A stretch of DNA of 64,000 nucleotides from Planctomycetia bacterium (lineage in GTDB: Bacteria; Planctomycetota; Planctomycetia; Pirellulales; Pirellulaceae), in NCBI GenBank assembly GCA_031412515.1, contig JANODD010000147.1, positions 5,110-69,109 of the forward strand. Reading direction: 5' to 3'. The notes under the pieces were generated by a model that did no database searches, was not told where the DNA came from, and saw only the letters and a program-made list of their open reading frames with translations. Within the stretch, counting starts at the first letter, position 1; each line of letters starts with the position of its first letter. This document shows positions 30,101 to 39,900 of this stretch, piece after piece. Position numbers and translations under genes: made by a program.

Positions 30101-30997
30101 ATCAACGCTGACCCAACCACTAATATTCTAGGTCGTTCGGTAGTTTACGATGGCAATCGCGCCGCAACGTGGACTGAGGAAAATGCAAATCGAGCCATCA
30201 ATGAAGCTCGACGCGACATTAATCCAGACGCCATTTGGTGCGTCGTCGGTGAGAGCGTTGCCATTAGTCCTGCGATTACATTCCCATTGACCAATCAAGC
30301 CGGACGCAATGTCTTGATCGTTGGTGGCGTAGATGCCATCGCGGCTTCAGTGATGAGTGTCATCACTGCCTCTTTTGTGCGTCATGCCAAGTCTAATCAT
30401 CGCGCGCAAGTCTTCATCGCTCAAGCCGCCAAGCCGACGGATGCAAGAGCACTGCAAATGCCCGAGCGTTTGAAGCAGTTGCCGTGTGACCTGAAGATTG
30501 CAAACGTCCGCGGCGTAGATAGCATGTTAAAAGAACTGCACCAAGTGCTTAAGCAACGCATCGACCAACCCGATGAAGCTTCGACGCAAGTGCCCGTCCT
30601 GTTGAATCTGGTCCAGCTCGGTCGATTGCGAACCCTTCGGCGTGAAGATGAATATAGCATGGGCAGTTTCGGCGAAGCGGAATTGACTCCTGACAAGCAC
30701 TTAGAAGAAATACTTCGCGATGGTCCAAGCCACAACATCCATGTGGTTGTCTGGGCGGAGAACTATTCAACCGTCAACCGCTGGCTATCGCGGACCGCAA
30801 TGCGTGAGATCGAGATTCGCTTACTAATGCAAATGGGGGCCAATGATTCGACCAACTTAATTGAATCGGTTGCCGCCAGTCGACTGGGCGAGAACGTAAT
30901 GCTCGTTCACGATGAAGCTACGGGGCAAGATCAGGGTTTCCGACCCTTTGATTTTGACACCCTAGGTGAACTCAGCCAGTGGGCATTAAATGGTTAA
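27110..30997 (+). CDS. FtsK/SpoIIIE-family ATPase, EssC/EccC-like type VII secretion coupling protein
   Basis: N-terminal coiled coil, two TM helices, three RecA-like modules; only the middle one has Walker A AGKTGSGKS and Walker B IVVDEFQE. ATG at 27110 preferred over TTG 27077. Confidence 0.85.
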   Translation: MIDSNPRLLPRQRLEKLVHGLRERLSSGAEKISAEVDQIAATMKEAEALQQEQIAQLQGERSAKEKATINDWDETLHSRWDDAELRSFKAVFETSAREGQLRQDTRKRSDQVNIDAKKRIAEIEQRFLRAKDVPIRRLHEYRANNLNFMGELIEVERAADAALAQHSLRAPNVQPPELQYEKPQSADDCLRMLRAAIADAKVHFDRLTNHPLIRFFESIWLWLIAAAFFVSVTVALGLSGVVVWLFAVLGGAVATVALMLISLLGIRPWLKRIAAAEYPRVKQQVAHGRALHDLGAELATNENDAELKRLAMKRDTRYKQTEKWRILELNELSRRLAEDLEKLRLHAEQQKQAASHQLTTDRDSTTQRFTLQLEQLSQQALSREQNLTQAGVQRRNDFLAAMDRLNRGGVLRLRTATQKAIKTVERSRRWCSVHFPDWQSCQWSADSWPEQLDEPMLPLGNLPLDSLLPENLQADAGNDLDAPVYFAPLTDGYLTITGDPKLPIVQQTVRNLILRSLTTLPAGRTQVCVIDPQGLGRDYGWLMHLGDYDPQLVSHRVWTQPGHIAKQVQMLAQAAEDFIQQSLRNQYRNIVEYNRDAGALAEPFRLLVWTSMPVGLDDQSWKALQSLLDTGTRCGIIPIFLIDPAAPWPSADHKNMVMRRGLHYTVSEDGKSLQPMSESKAKLPIRPMPLPDEAHAQTVIHEVGRRALLASRIEVPLDRIVPAPDQRWQADSSKFLEIPIGQSGVGRTHSLKLGVGTAQHAIIAGKTGSGKSSMLHAIISSAVLKYSPENLRLVLLDFKKGVEFQVYSDNQLPHADIIGIESHREFGLSALEYVDGCMQRRGEMFRSRGVQDIASWNAAVPDQHLPRMLIVVDEFQELFVEDDKLSNQVSLILDRIVRQGRSFGVHAILSSQTLAGAYSLPRTTLGQMGVRIALQCDASDAQIVFAEDNPAAARLKNPGQAIYNDAGGRIEGNQPMQIGWLSKSQQQKWLAEIGNGYINADPTTNILGRSVVYDGNRAATWTEENANRAINEARRDINPDAIWCVVGESVAISPAITFPLTNQAGRNVLIVGGVDAIAASVMSVITASFVRHAKSNHRAQVFIAQAAKPTDARALQMPERLKQLPCDLKIANVRGVDSMLKELHQVLKQRIDQPDEASTQVPVLLNLVQLGRLRTLRREDEYSMGSFGEAELTPDKHLEEILRDGPSHNIHVVVWAENYSTVNRWLSRTAMREIEIRLLMQMGANDSTNLIESVAASRLGENVMLVHDEATGQDQGFRPFDFDTLGELSQWALNG

Positions 30998-31034
30998 GCA
31001 ACTGGCTTGCAACCAAGATTGATTTAAGAATGAA

Positions 31035-34000
31035 TCATTGAAGAGTTGTAGACAAAGTGAAAGGCCCCCAGTCATAAGGTGCGCGAAAGCGGTTGTCCTG
31101 CGAGAGCTTCTTGCGCTGTGCATGTAAGATCCTTGCGTAATCCTCAGCGGACAGTTTTAGTTCTGGTCGCTGCTTAACCGCGCACATAAAGTCAGTTATG
31201 AGAGGCGTCGTCGAAAGATCATTGACCCGCCAATGCGAAGCGATGATATTCTCGGCACCAGCTACTAAGAAAGCTGTCCCCATGGCTTTGATCGTGTTAC
31301 CTCCATATCGGATTGCTTCGGTATCAACAACCTGAGTTTCGCAGGCGCTGAGGAGCACGAGTTCTGAAGGTAAACGCAAACCGTTTTTGGCTTGGAATTT
31401 TTTCAGCACATCTGCAGCCCACATTATCTCGAAAACCTCGAACATTCCACTTGAAGTAGGTCGTCTAACAAAGTGGTCGTCGTTGCTAACCTCGTCAAGT
31501 TTCCACAATTGCAAGTAAGCTCCGCCCAAGTAAGGGGCAGACTTACGCCCCGACTCGATGCCCTGATCCGCTACTTTTACACCACCATCTACATTGATAA
31601 CTCCGGATTGCCCTGTATCTTGAATCGCGCCGTGAGAACCAAAATGGATAAAGCGATAACCTCGCGTTAATTCGTCCAGTAACTTTTTCGAATCAAACCT
31701 GACATTACGCGATTCGCCAGGAAGCTCAGTCGCTTCTGGGATGCCGGTAGGGCCAATTCGCATCACATTGGCAACTCCGAATCTTTCCATCAACGCTTCC
31801 GACTCCGTTCCAATCGTTGAATCAGGTTGAACGGTAAGAAGAGCCCTATGTCTCGCCACGGTCTCAACTTGTGTATCGTTCGAACGCGCAAGCGTCGGCA
31901 AATAGATCAGAGGCGGACATCGATCGATAAGATACGTCCTAGTGTCTGGAGCGCTATCTATAGGTAAAGTGTCCAAGGGGATCTGAAAGAGCGGGCCGTG
32001 GGGAATCACATAGACACATTGATTCTGCGGAGTGTTCGCAAGAGCGTCCCGAAGCTGTATTGGCAGGAGCTTCCTCTGAAGTTTGAGAGCTTCCTGCGGA
32101 TCTTTAAGAGATGGTTGTGCTAAGTAATACTTTAAGTAATCGTGCACTGCGGCCGCGACTTCAGAACGACTTATGTCAACTCTGTGATGTCGAATCTCTT
32201 GATTCGCAATCCTCCAAAATACGTGAGTAGCTTGACTGCCAACGAAAAAGGAAATGAACTGCCGACCTTGTAGCCGGTCCGCCGAAATGGAATTTAATTC
32301 ATTTGCCTCAGACTGGTCGAATAGCTCGGCAATGGTTTGATTGGTTGTCTCAGCACCGACAAAAGCAACATCAGAAATGGTAAGGTCATCAACTGATCCA
32401 CTGGCGGCCATTTCAACGGTCAAATCAAAAGCATCGCGATATCTTTCAAATAGCGCGTTGCGATTCTCGTCAAAGTCACCATTCTTGGAAAGTTTCTTCC
32501 GTTGCTTTAAAGCAATTTTTCGCGCTTCGACCGAAATTTCTTTGAGTCCCTTAAGCTCTGGATCAACGTCATTCAACTGTGACCCAAAGTCTTCGTTCGC
32601 TGGCGATAATAGTTGCACTCGCATGGCGAGGCATAAGATGTTATAGACCAAATTGGGGTATCGGTATTCGCCCTCCGCTTTTGGGACTCGCAGATTTCGC
32701 ACCTCTTTCATCGCTTTTACACAGTAAGTATAGGCTTCATTATTACAATGTTCGTTCGCTGCCATCTCTTCACGCAACTTTGTAATTTCTTCGTGCTGCT
32801 GTAAAAGTCCCTTGTATTGCTCCTTGGTCTTAACACTGGCCTCTTCATATACATCTAACTCCTTTTTGTATGCTTGCGTTGTCTTTGCTAAGGCGTCGGT
32901 ACTTACTTTGCGTTTATCAGAATCCTGTCGCAGAAGGGCAGATGCTAACGAATAGAGTGCGCGAGCACGAATGAAGGACTTTTCGGTCCCCTCGTAGGGC
33001 AGATGCAATTTCCAAATATCAAGTGCTCTATCTAAACTCTCAGCTGAAACGTTGCCACTATCATACTTCGATAACTCGAGAGCTTGGTGGTGTTCGTTGT
33101 TCAGCTTAAGCATTTGTTCGCTTACGGCTGCAGAAAGCCTGGGCTCTTTCAGTTTCTCTCGTAAATTGCTTATAGAGGTCGAAGATACTTTGTCCTGGGC
33201 AACCGCCAGTTCGGACTCAAGAAACAATATTATCAATTCTTCACTTGATTCAGGCTCAGGCTTGTCGATTGCTGCCAGAGCTATTTCTGCCTCCCCAAAA
33301 TTTCCAGAATCCTTGTGGGCAAGACAGCGGATAACATGGGCAGCAAACTGCTTGTTCTGAACGGTATTTTCAAGTTCATCGATTGCCTTTTGATAGTCTC
33401 CATAGGTCAGATGCAAATATCCAAGTGCCGTAAGGACATCGTCTTTTCTACTTGCATGAATGTCTTCTTTAAGTTGCTTAAGTCGAGTGATCAAGTCTCT
33501 TCTAATACCTGGTAACTCCGCTCGGAACTCAGTGGGCGCCAAACCAAGATTGCGGAGCCGGATGTTAACTTTTTTCATACGCCATTGAATCCAAGCGAGC
33601 TCCAGTTCGAGGGATGCTTCCATCTCCTTTTCAAAAGAACTTTTCTCAAGCTCGATCTCGCGAAACGACCGTTTTAGTTCGTCGTCAAGAACTTGCTGAA
33701 ACTGCTTCTCGGTTGCAAGCCACTCCGTATCATCCAGTGCCACCAAAAAACGACTCCGTACCATGTCAAACAAAACACCTGCCTGTGCTAGTTGCGTATT
33801 GAGAAATTTTCGCAGTGCTTTGTTATCTTCACGGTGAATTTCAGTCATGGCCTTGAGTGCTTCAACAACGATAGAAGCGGCGAACGTTTGCCTGTAAGCC
33901 TCAATCTCGGTTCCAATATCTGCATCGGCAGATTTTTTGAAAGTTCGGTATCCGTCCAATAGAGCCGAAGCCCGAAGCTCCTTCAAAGTGTTCTCGTTTA

Positions 34001-35000
34001 GAAGTTGTTGACCTGAACTAAGGTCCTCGTTCGGTTTCAGCAAGGTGCTCGCTTCATCGCAAGCCTTCAAAAGCTGAGCAAGCAAACTGATTTTCCCTGT
34101 GGCTACAGATTGAAACTGTGACAGTTCAAACAGAATTTTGGGGAGTGCAGTCGGAAACTGAATCCTCAACCGCTGGTCTGTTGTTAACTTTAGCTCTCCC
34201 AAGCGTAGTGTTTTTTGATACTTTTCGCGCCACTTCTCGGGTGTACTCGTGTGCAGTGAACTCAATCGTTCGATCTGTATTGAAGTCAGTCCAAAATCTT
34301 CATTCAGTATATTCAACAAACGATCGCACTCTCTCACCGCAACTTCATCGTCAGGCAACCGCCTGATTTGACGGAACGCGAACTTAGAAAGCTCTGACCG
34401 GCTGACTTCAGACTGCTTGAAAGCCTTTTCCATCTTCGAAAGTCGCTTCGCCAGGTCAAGACGGATGTCTTGTTGAAGAGAACGCTTTTCTGGGGAGTCG
34501 TCGAACAGCCGCTCCAAAAGATCATTCATTGCGAACAGGATGTCGGCATCCCAGGTAGCATCCATTCGTTTGTTCCAAGCTACACGCAACCGGGTAAGGG
34601 CCACGGTGCTCATCGCATCCATGCAATCTTGTAAGGCGGCAAGCAACAGATCACGCCCATACGATTCGGCAACCGTATCTGCTGACCGATCGTTCCCAAG
34701 CAATTCAGAAACACGGCTGAATTTCGCTTCGTCCTTAGACTCAACTGCGTCAACCATAGCATGAAATTGCTCAGCCCATTTGAAATCGTAACAGCGCTGT
34801 GATTTTTCTGTGATATCATGCGACGCTGGATCGAACGGAGTCGCACCCAAGGTATCGCCCGCTAAACCGGCGGTGCTTGGGGTTTGAGCTTGTACAAATG
34901 ATACGAATAAATTGATCGAATCAATAACTGCAATAGCAAACACGATTTCCATCACGTGCTTGAACATTGTCTTCACTGAGATCTCTTCAGAGCTACTCAC
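31035..35000 (-). CDS. CHAT domain (caspase-like) protease with long helical/TPR N-terminal region
   Basis: VYVIPHGPLFQIPLDTL, FIHFGSHG (catalytic His), VLLSACET (catalytic Cys), AFLVAGAENIIASHWRVND, APYDWGPF. Confidence 0.88.
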   Translation of the reverse strand: MSSSEEISVKTMFKHVMEIVFAIAVIDSINLFVSFVQAQTPSTAGLAGDTLGATPFDPASHDITEKSQRCYDFKWAEQFHAMVDAVESKDEAKFSRVSELLGNDRSADTVAESYGRDLLLAALQDCMDAMSTVALTRLRVAWNKRMDATWDADILFAMNDLLERLFDDSPEKRSLQQDIRLDLAKRLSKMEKAFKQSEVSRSELSKFAFRQIRRLPDDEVAVRECDRLLNILNEDFGLTSIQIERLSSLHTSTPEKWREKYQKTLRLGELKLTTDQRLRIQFPTALPKILFELSQFQSVATGKISLLAQLLKACDEASTLLKPNEDLSSGQQLLNENTLKELRASALLDGYRTFKKSADADIGTEIEAYRQTFAASIVVEALKAMTEIHREDNKALRKFLNTQLAQAGVLFDMVRSRFLVALDDTEWLATEKQFQQVLDDELKRSFREIELEKSSFEKEMEASLELELAWIQWRMKKVNIRLRNLGLAPTEFRAELPGIRRDLITRLKQLKEDIHASRKDDVLTALGYLHLTYGDYQKAIDELENTVQNKQFAAHVIRCLAHKDSGNFGEAEIALAAIDKPEPESSEELIILFLESELAVAQDKVSSTSISNLREKLKEPRLSAAVSEQMLKLNNEHHQALELSKYDSGNVSAESLDRALDIWKLHLPYEGTEKSFIRARALYSLASALLRQDSDKRKVSTDALAKTTQAYKKELDVYEEASVKTKEQYKGLLQQHEEITKLREEMAANEHCNNEAYTYCVKAMKEVRNLRVPKAEGEYRYPNLVYNILCLAMRVQLLSPANEDFGSQLNDVDPELKGLKEISVEARKIALKQRKKLSKNGDFDENRNALFERYRDAFDLTVEMAASGSVDDLTISDVAFVGAETTNQTIAELFDQSEANELNSISADRLQGRQFISFFVGSQATHVFWRIANQEIRHHRVDISRSEVAAAVHDYLKYYLAQPSLKDPQEALKLQRKLLPIQLRDALANTPQNQCVYVIPHGPLFQIPLDTLPIDSAPDTRTYLIDRCPPLIYLPTLARSNDTQVETVARHRALLTVQPDSTIGTESEALMERFGVANVMRIGPTGIPEATELPGESRNVRFDSKKLLDELTRGYRFIHFGSHGAIQDTGQSGVINVDGGVKVADQGIESGRKSAPYLGGAYLQLWKLDEVSNDDHFVRRPTSSGMFEVFEIMWAADVLKKFQAKNGLRLPSELVLLSACETQVVDTEAIRYGGNTIKAMGTAFLVAGAENIIASHWRVNDLSTTPLITDFMCAVKQRPELKLSAEDYARILHAQRKKLSQDNRFRAPYDWGPFTLSTTLQ

Positions 35001-36915
35001 GATGAATCACCACACCAAAATACGAACTTGCACCTAAATCAATAAGTTCTTGTTTAAATTCTCTGTCTAATTCCAGCGTCTGGTAATCATTTGCATTGGG
35101 AGTGTTTCCTCCTCGTTCCTTGGAGTGTTTCGGGAGATTCTCAATAAACGCCGCTGACGTTGCGAAGTGAGTGTAAAAAAGTGTATCTTTGGCTTCGTCA
35201 GTGACGGTAACCCAAGGTGAGCGAAGCCTATACAGCCTAGATTCCGGGACTTTTCGGCTAAACAGACAGACTATCACAATCGTATTTTCGTCATAAAGGT
35301 GGTTGGGTTTTAGAAACTCAAAATTTGACGATGGGAAAAAAACCTTTCGGTCATGTTCACCTAGGCCGAAAGTCAAAACTACGTTGTGTTTCACAACCTT
35401 TAACCCATCCTCGCTGTTCTCCCACTTTAGCGAAAAAACATCATCCTTCTTTAGCTTTAAAACTTCGGTTTTTTTATCGAGAATGTCTTTGGCCACGGCA
35501 TTGCGTTCAACGAGCATCTTCACTTTGGTCAAAACCGCCTTTGGGAGTGACGATTGATACGTTTGCCAGGCGAAAGCTAACACCCCGATTCCTGCACAGA
35601 GCAGTACTAGAGCGAGACCCTGTACGATGTACTGACCAACTTGTGAAGGCTTTCGATCAACTGGAGATTTCTTTCCCGCAACAACTGCCTGCTCAAGGGC
35701 GTTCGCAAAGTCACCACCTGTCGAATAACGTCCCTGTGGTTCTTTAGCCATCGCTTTGAATACAACCGCTTCCAATTCGCCTGGAATGTTATCTCGAAGA
35801 CTTCGTAAAGAAGGTGGCGCCGAGAATTGTATTCTTTCGCAAATATCAAACACGCTGTTTCCAGGAAATGGTAGTTTCCCGCAGAGGACGTAATAAAGGA
35901 CGCTGCCTAACGAAAAAATGTCTGCGTATGAAGTTGCCCAGTGGGGCTTTCCACTAGCCTGCTCGGGTGGCATAAAGTGTGGAGTGCCTAGCAAGCGATT
36001 GTCGTCAGCCACATGAAAGCGATCGTCCAGCCGCGATAGACCAAAGTCTAGTAACTTTGCATTTCCGTCGTTGTCGATCATGATATTGCGAGGCGATATG
36101 TCTCGATGCACGACACCACGGCGATGCGCAAAATCGAGCGCCCTGGCAATGGCTGCGACCCATCTAATGGCTTCGTCGACTGTGTAGTTAGCCGCTTCAA
36201 CACGCTCTGCCAGTGTTTTCCCTGCAACGTATTCATAAACCAGATAGCCAAGTCCTTCGGCGGTCTCATCAACGTGCAGCAATCGAACGATGTTAGGATG
36301 GTCAAGGCGAGAGATCGCGCGCGCTTCGTGAAGAAAGGCGTCTGAGAGGCCGATCTCTCCCTTCTCTTCGTCTTGGATCTTGATTGCCACGTAGCGATTG
36401 ATTCGCGAATCCTGGGCAAGCAGGACTTTTCCAAAGCTTCCTTCTCCGAGCTCTTTCAGGATGCGATATACCCCAATGAATTCGGGCAGCTTTTCGTCTG
36501 TCGACTTCTTTGACTGGACATTTGATTCTAGGTGCGATTCTGAATTGCTTTTGGAGCGATGTTCGAGCGTTTTGTCGAGCGAAGCCTTTGAGAACATTCC
36601 CGCAGAGAGCTCACGATCTGAACGTTCTAGACGAAGAGGTAACTCACGAATGTGTTGTTCAATTTGAGAACGATGCGGGAGTAAGTCCGGGAAAATACTG
36701 ATGTACTGCTCAACGATACATTCGCGGCCAAACTTGATGGCGAGTTCACTGTCAATGAGCACCAGTTGAAGCAAGGAAGAAATCCTAGTCGCTCCTCGCA
36801 GCTGATTGCCAATGCTTCCAATTGATGACTCTCCGGAACGCCAACTTGACTTGAGTGCTTCAACTGCTTCCACTAGCAACATGCCCTGGTCTTCACTATT
36901 TGGATTGTCAGTCAT
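34993..36915 (-). CDS. Membrane Ser/Thr protein kinase, planctomycete ECF-associated type
   Basis: LGEGSFGKV, VAIK, HRDISPRN, DFG, GTPHFMPPEQ; one TM helix and a C-terminal extracytoplasmic domain; N-terminal LLQLVLIDSEL...EQYISIFPDL helix bundle. Confidence 0.92.
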   Translation of the reverse strand: MTDNPNSEDQGMLLVEAVEALKSSWRSGESSIGSIGNQLRGATRISSLLQLVLIDSELAIKFGRECIVEQYISIFPDLLPHRSQIEQHIRELPLRLERSDRELSAGMFSKASLDKTLEHRSKSNSESHLESNVQSKKSTDEKLPEFIGVYRILKELGEGSFGKVLLAQDSRINRYVAIKIQDEEKGEIGLSDAFLHEARAISRLDHPNIVRLLHVDETAEGLGYLVYEYVAGKTLAERVEAANYTVDEAIRWVAAIARALDFAHRRGVVHRDISPRNIMIDNDGNAKLLDFGLSRLDDRFHVADDNRLLGTPHFMPPEQASGKPHWATSYADIFSLGSVLYYVLCGKLPFPGNSVFDICERIQFSAPPSLRSLRDNIPGELEAVVFKAMAKEPQGRYSTGGDFANALEQAVVAGKKSPVDRKPSQVGQYIVQGLALVLLCAGIGVLAFAWQTYQSSLPKAVLTKVKMLVERNAVAKDILDKKTEVLKLKKDDVFSLKWENSEDGLKVVKHNVVLTFGLGEHDRKVFFPSSNFEFLKPNHLYDENTIVIVCLFSRKVPESRLYRLRSPWVTVTDEAKDTLFYTHFATSAAFIENLPKHSKERGGNTPNANDYQTLELDREFKQELIDLGASSYFGVVIHRE

Positions 36916-39900
36916 GGTTCACTTTCCGTGCGGTAGCAATTTGCGGCTCAACAGATTTTTCCTGGGGTGTTTGCTGCAATGAAGTTTTTTGTCGTAAGAC
37001 TGTTGGAACCGTCTGCGATTCGGGCTCTCTGTTTTTCTTACGGGGCTTTAGCAGGCTTACCGCGAGTATCGAGAGACCACTAATGAGAAGGGCGGTTCCT
37101 GCCGCGATTTCGAAGTAGGGGATCGTGTAATCATGAACAGGTGGAGGTGTTTCTTTCGGCGCCGAAGGAAGTGGCAGGACTTCGAGATCTTTCACAGCCA
37201 AGGGCTTCGCGTCGGATGCAAGTAAGCTCAGCTCTGCAAAGGACTCTTCCGCGAAAATAGCATCGAAGATCATTTCAAGTGCCACCGCTTCGTTCCGTGC
37301 TGCAGGATCGATGGGCAAGGACTCGGGTGGTTGTTGAATCCACTCGGTCGCATCAATTTCATTTTCTTGCTTGTCGTCGGAATTTACGGACGCGAGGACT
37401 ATGAAGTCCTTGGAGGTGTTCTCCGTGCTTGCCGTAAATGCGGGAGCGGTTCCTGAGTCCGGCACTGATTCGCGACCTGAGTTGGATTGATTTGTGTTTG
37501 TACCATCGCCACTTTTTGGAGCAGGCGATAACTGGTTGACGCTCAGCCGTAGTGAACTTGGCGTGAACCGTTCGCGAAGTAATGGAATGCCGTTTAAAGT
37601 TGGTAAACTGTAACTTGGACTTCCAGAGGTCGCTGAAAAGAGAATCAGATCAAAAACGTCCAGTGCGCTCGGGACATATCCATTAAGTAGCTGCACTTCA
37701 ATCTCTCCATTCAGGGCAGCCAAGCCACTCACAGCCATCTGGTCAAATTGGCTTGCTGCATTGGGCCCTGCGATTTCAAAAATCAGCTTGCTGCCGGCAT
37801 TCATGAAAAGATTGTCGACGGTCATCTTTCCGGGACTGTTCCCAGGTCGAAGCGTTCCGCCTGCAGCAACCGTCACATCACCAAGAGTTCCGTTTCCTTG
37901 CAAACTCGCACCACTCTGGATGGCAATAGCCGTTTTCGGAAAACGACCGTTAGCTTTTAGTGATCCGCCCTGAACGTCCAAGCTTCCATTAAAGTCACCG
38001 GATCCGATCAGCGCCAGTGCGCCCGCGCCCGTCTTTCGAATCGAGCCATCACCGGCAAGTGTTCCCGCGAAAAGCAGATCCTTCTCTGCTTGATCAATTA
38101 CGAGACGGCTGCTTAACAGGCGAAGTGTGCCAGGCCCTTCAAGTCCCGCTAGTGTTTGCTGACCTGACCGAAGTTCAAGCGAGCTCTCACCTTCAATAGA
38201 AACGTTTGCCGATTGCCGGAGGTTATTAACGCCGGAGAGCGCAAGTGTTCCTTGTTCAATCTTCGTATCACCCTGATAGCTATTGGCTCCAGTGAAGCGC
38301 AATGTTCCTACGCCGGTCTTGATGAATCCTCCCAAACCGCTGATGGTCCCACTGAAGGTGCTTGTTTCAGGAACTATTGCGGTCAATGTACCTGTACCGA
38401 GGAAGACCTTCCCAGCTCCATCGAAACCATTGGCCGAAATCGAATGACTGTTGAGATCGAAAATTCCGCGTTCGTTGATCAGTAATCTTTCGAGTCGTGC
38501 AATAGTCGCGGCATCGCCTACTTTCAGCGTGCCCTCTTCAATCGTGGTCGAACCGCTGATATTAAGATTACCCGACAGGACAACAGCACTGGTAGTGGAT
38601 TTTACCAGTCTACCTTGGCCGCTCAAATTTACATTGACCTCCCCATCCCGAAGATCAAACAGAGTGGATGCATTCAAGTTGCCCGTGGATCGCGAATCAA
38701 TAATCTCGCCCGCGAACAAAGCGAATTCTGCTACAGATAATTGTCGGCCATCGATATTAATCACACCGACTCTATTTTCTAACCGGTTTACTAGTTGAAG
38801 ATTACCTTCAACTAGCAAGGTCCCTGCTCCCGAATGAGTGACATTATTAAGGCTGCTACCTCCGCTGATCAGTTGTTGCGTCACACCGCTAGGACCATCA
38901 AATTCTAGCGTACCGGTGCCAGCAACAAAGTTACCTGCGTTGGCAAAGTCACCTGCTATGCGAATAGTACTAGCGCCGCTACGCAAGGTTGCGCCGGATT
39001 CGTTGGATGCCTTTCCAGTAACAACAACATTGCGAGCTCCCAATTCGAATGTTCCGGCATTGTTGGACAAGTTACCGTTGACGATCAAGTTGTTAGCAAG
39101 TTGAACAGTGCTCAAGCCAGAATGCGTTAGGTTATTGACACTGCTGTTACCCAAATTCAGTTGTTGAGTTGTGCTTGCAGGACCCGTTAGTTCAATTGTT
39201 CCAGTAATGGTTGTCAGGGTTCCCTGATTGATGAAATCACTTGCTAGACGTAGCCGTCCGTTAGTGCGCAGCGTAGCCCCGGTCGCATTGGATAAACCAC
39301 CCGTCACTGCGACCGTTCGATCACCCAAGTCGATCACGCCAGCAGTATTGGCGAGCGTTCCAAGCACTATCAGGTCGCTCTGAAGCTGCAATGTCCCGGC
39401 GCCAGAGTGCAACAGGTTGTTAAGATCGCTGCCTCCGGGACTCAGTAACTGGATTCCAAGGGGAGCGTTGAATTCGAGCGTGCCGGTGCCAGAAATAAAT
39501 GTCCCTGTGTTAGTGAAGTCACCAGAAAGTTTGATGATCCCAGAGGTTACCGCGAGAGATCCCGTCGTGATGAGAACATCGTCGAGCACGGAAAACGTTC
39601 CGCTTCCAACCGAAACCAACCCCGCGGTGGTTAGAGAGAAGACAGTTTCGTTGAAATTCCCTAGGTCCAGGCTAGCGCCACTGGCGACTGTTACGCTGCT
39701 ACTATTCGGAATCACTTCACTTGCAGTAACTCTCAGCGTGCCAGCTTGTACCACTGTCGCACCGCGATAACTATTCAGCGGATTGTTTAAAGTAACGGTT
39801 CCACCGGAAGGCGAGTTAAAGAAAACTCCAGAGGGCTGAACTGAGTCCGTTATGGCTCCTAGTAAACTCAAAACTCCAGTAGCCGAACGCTGAGTAATGG

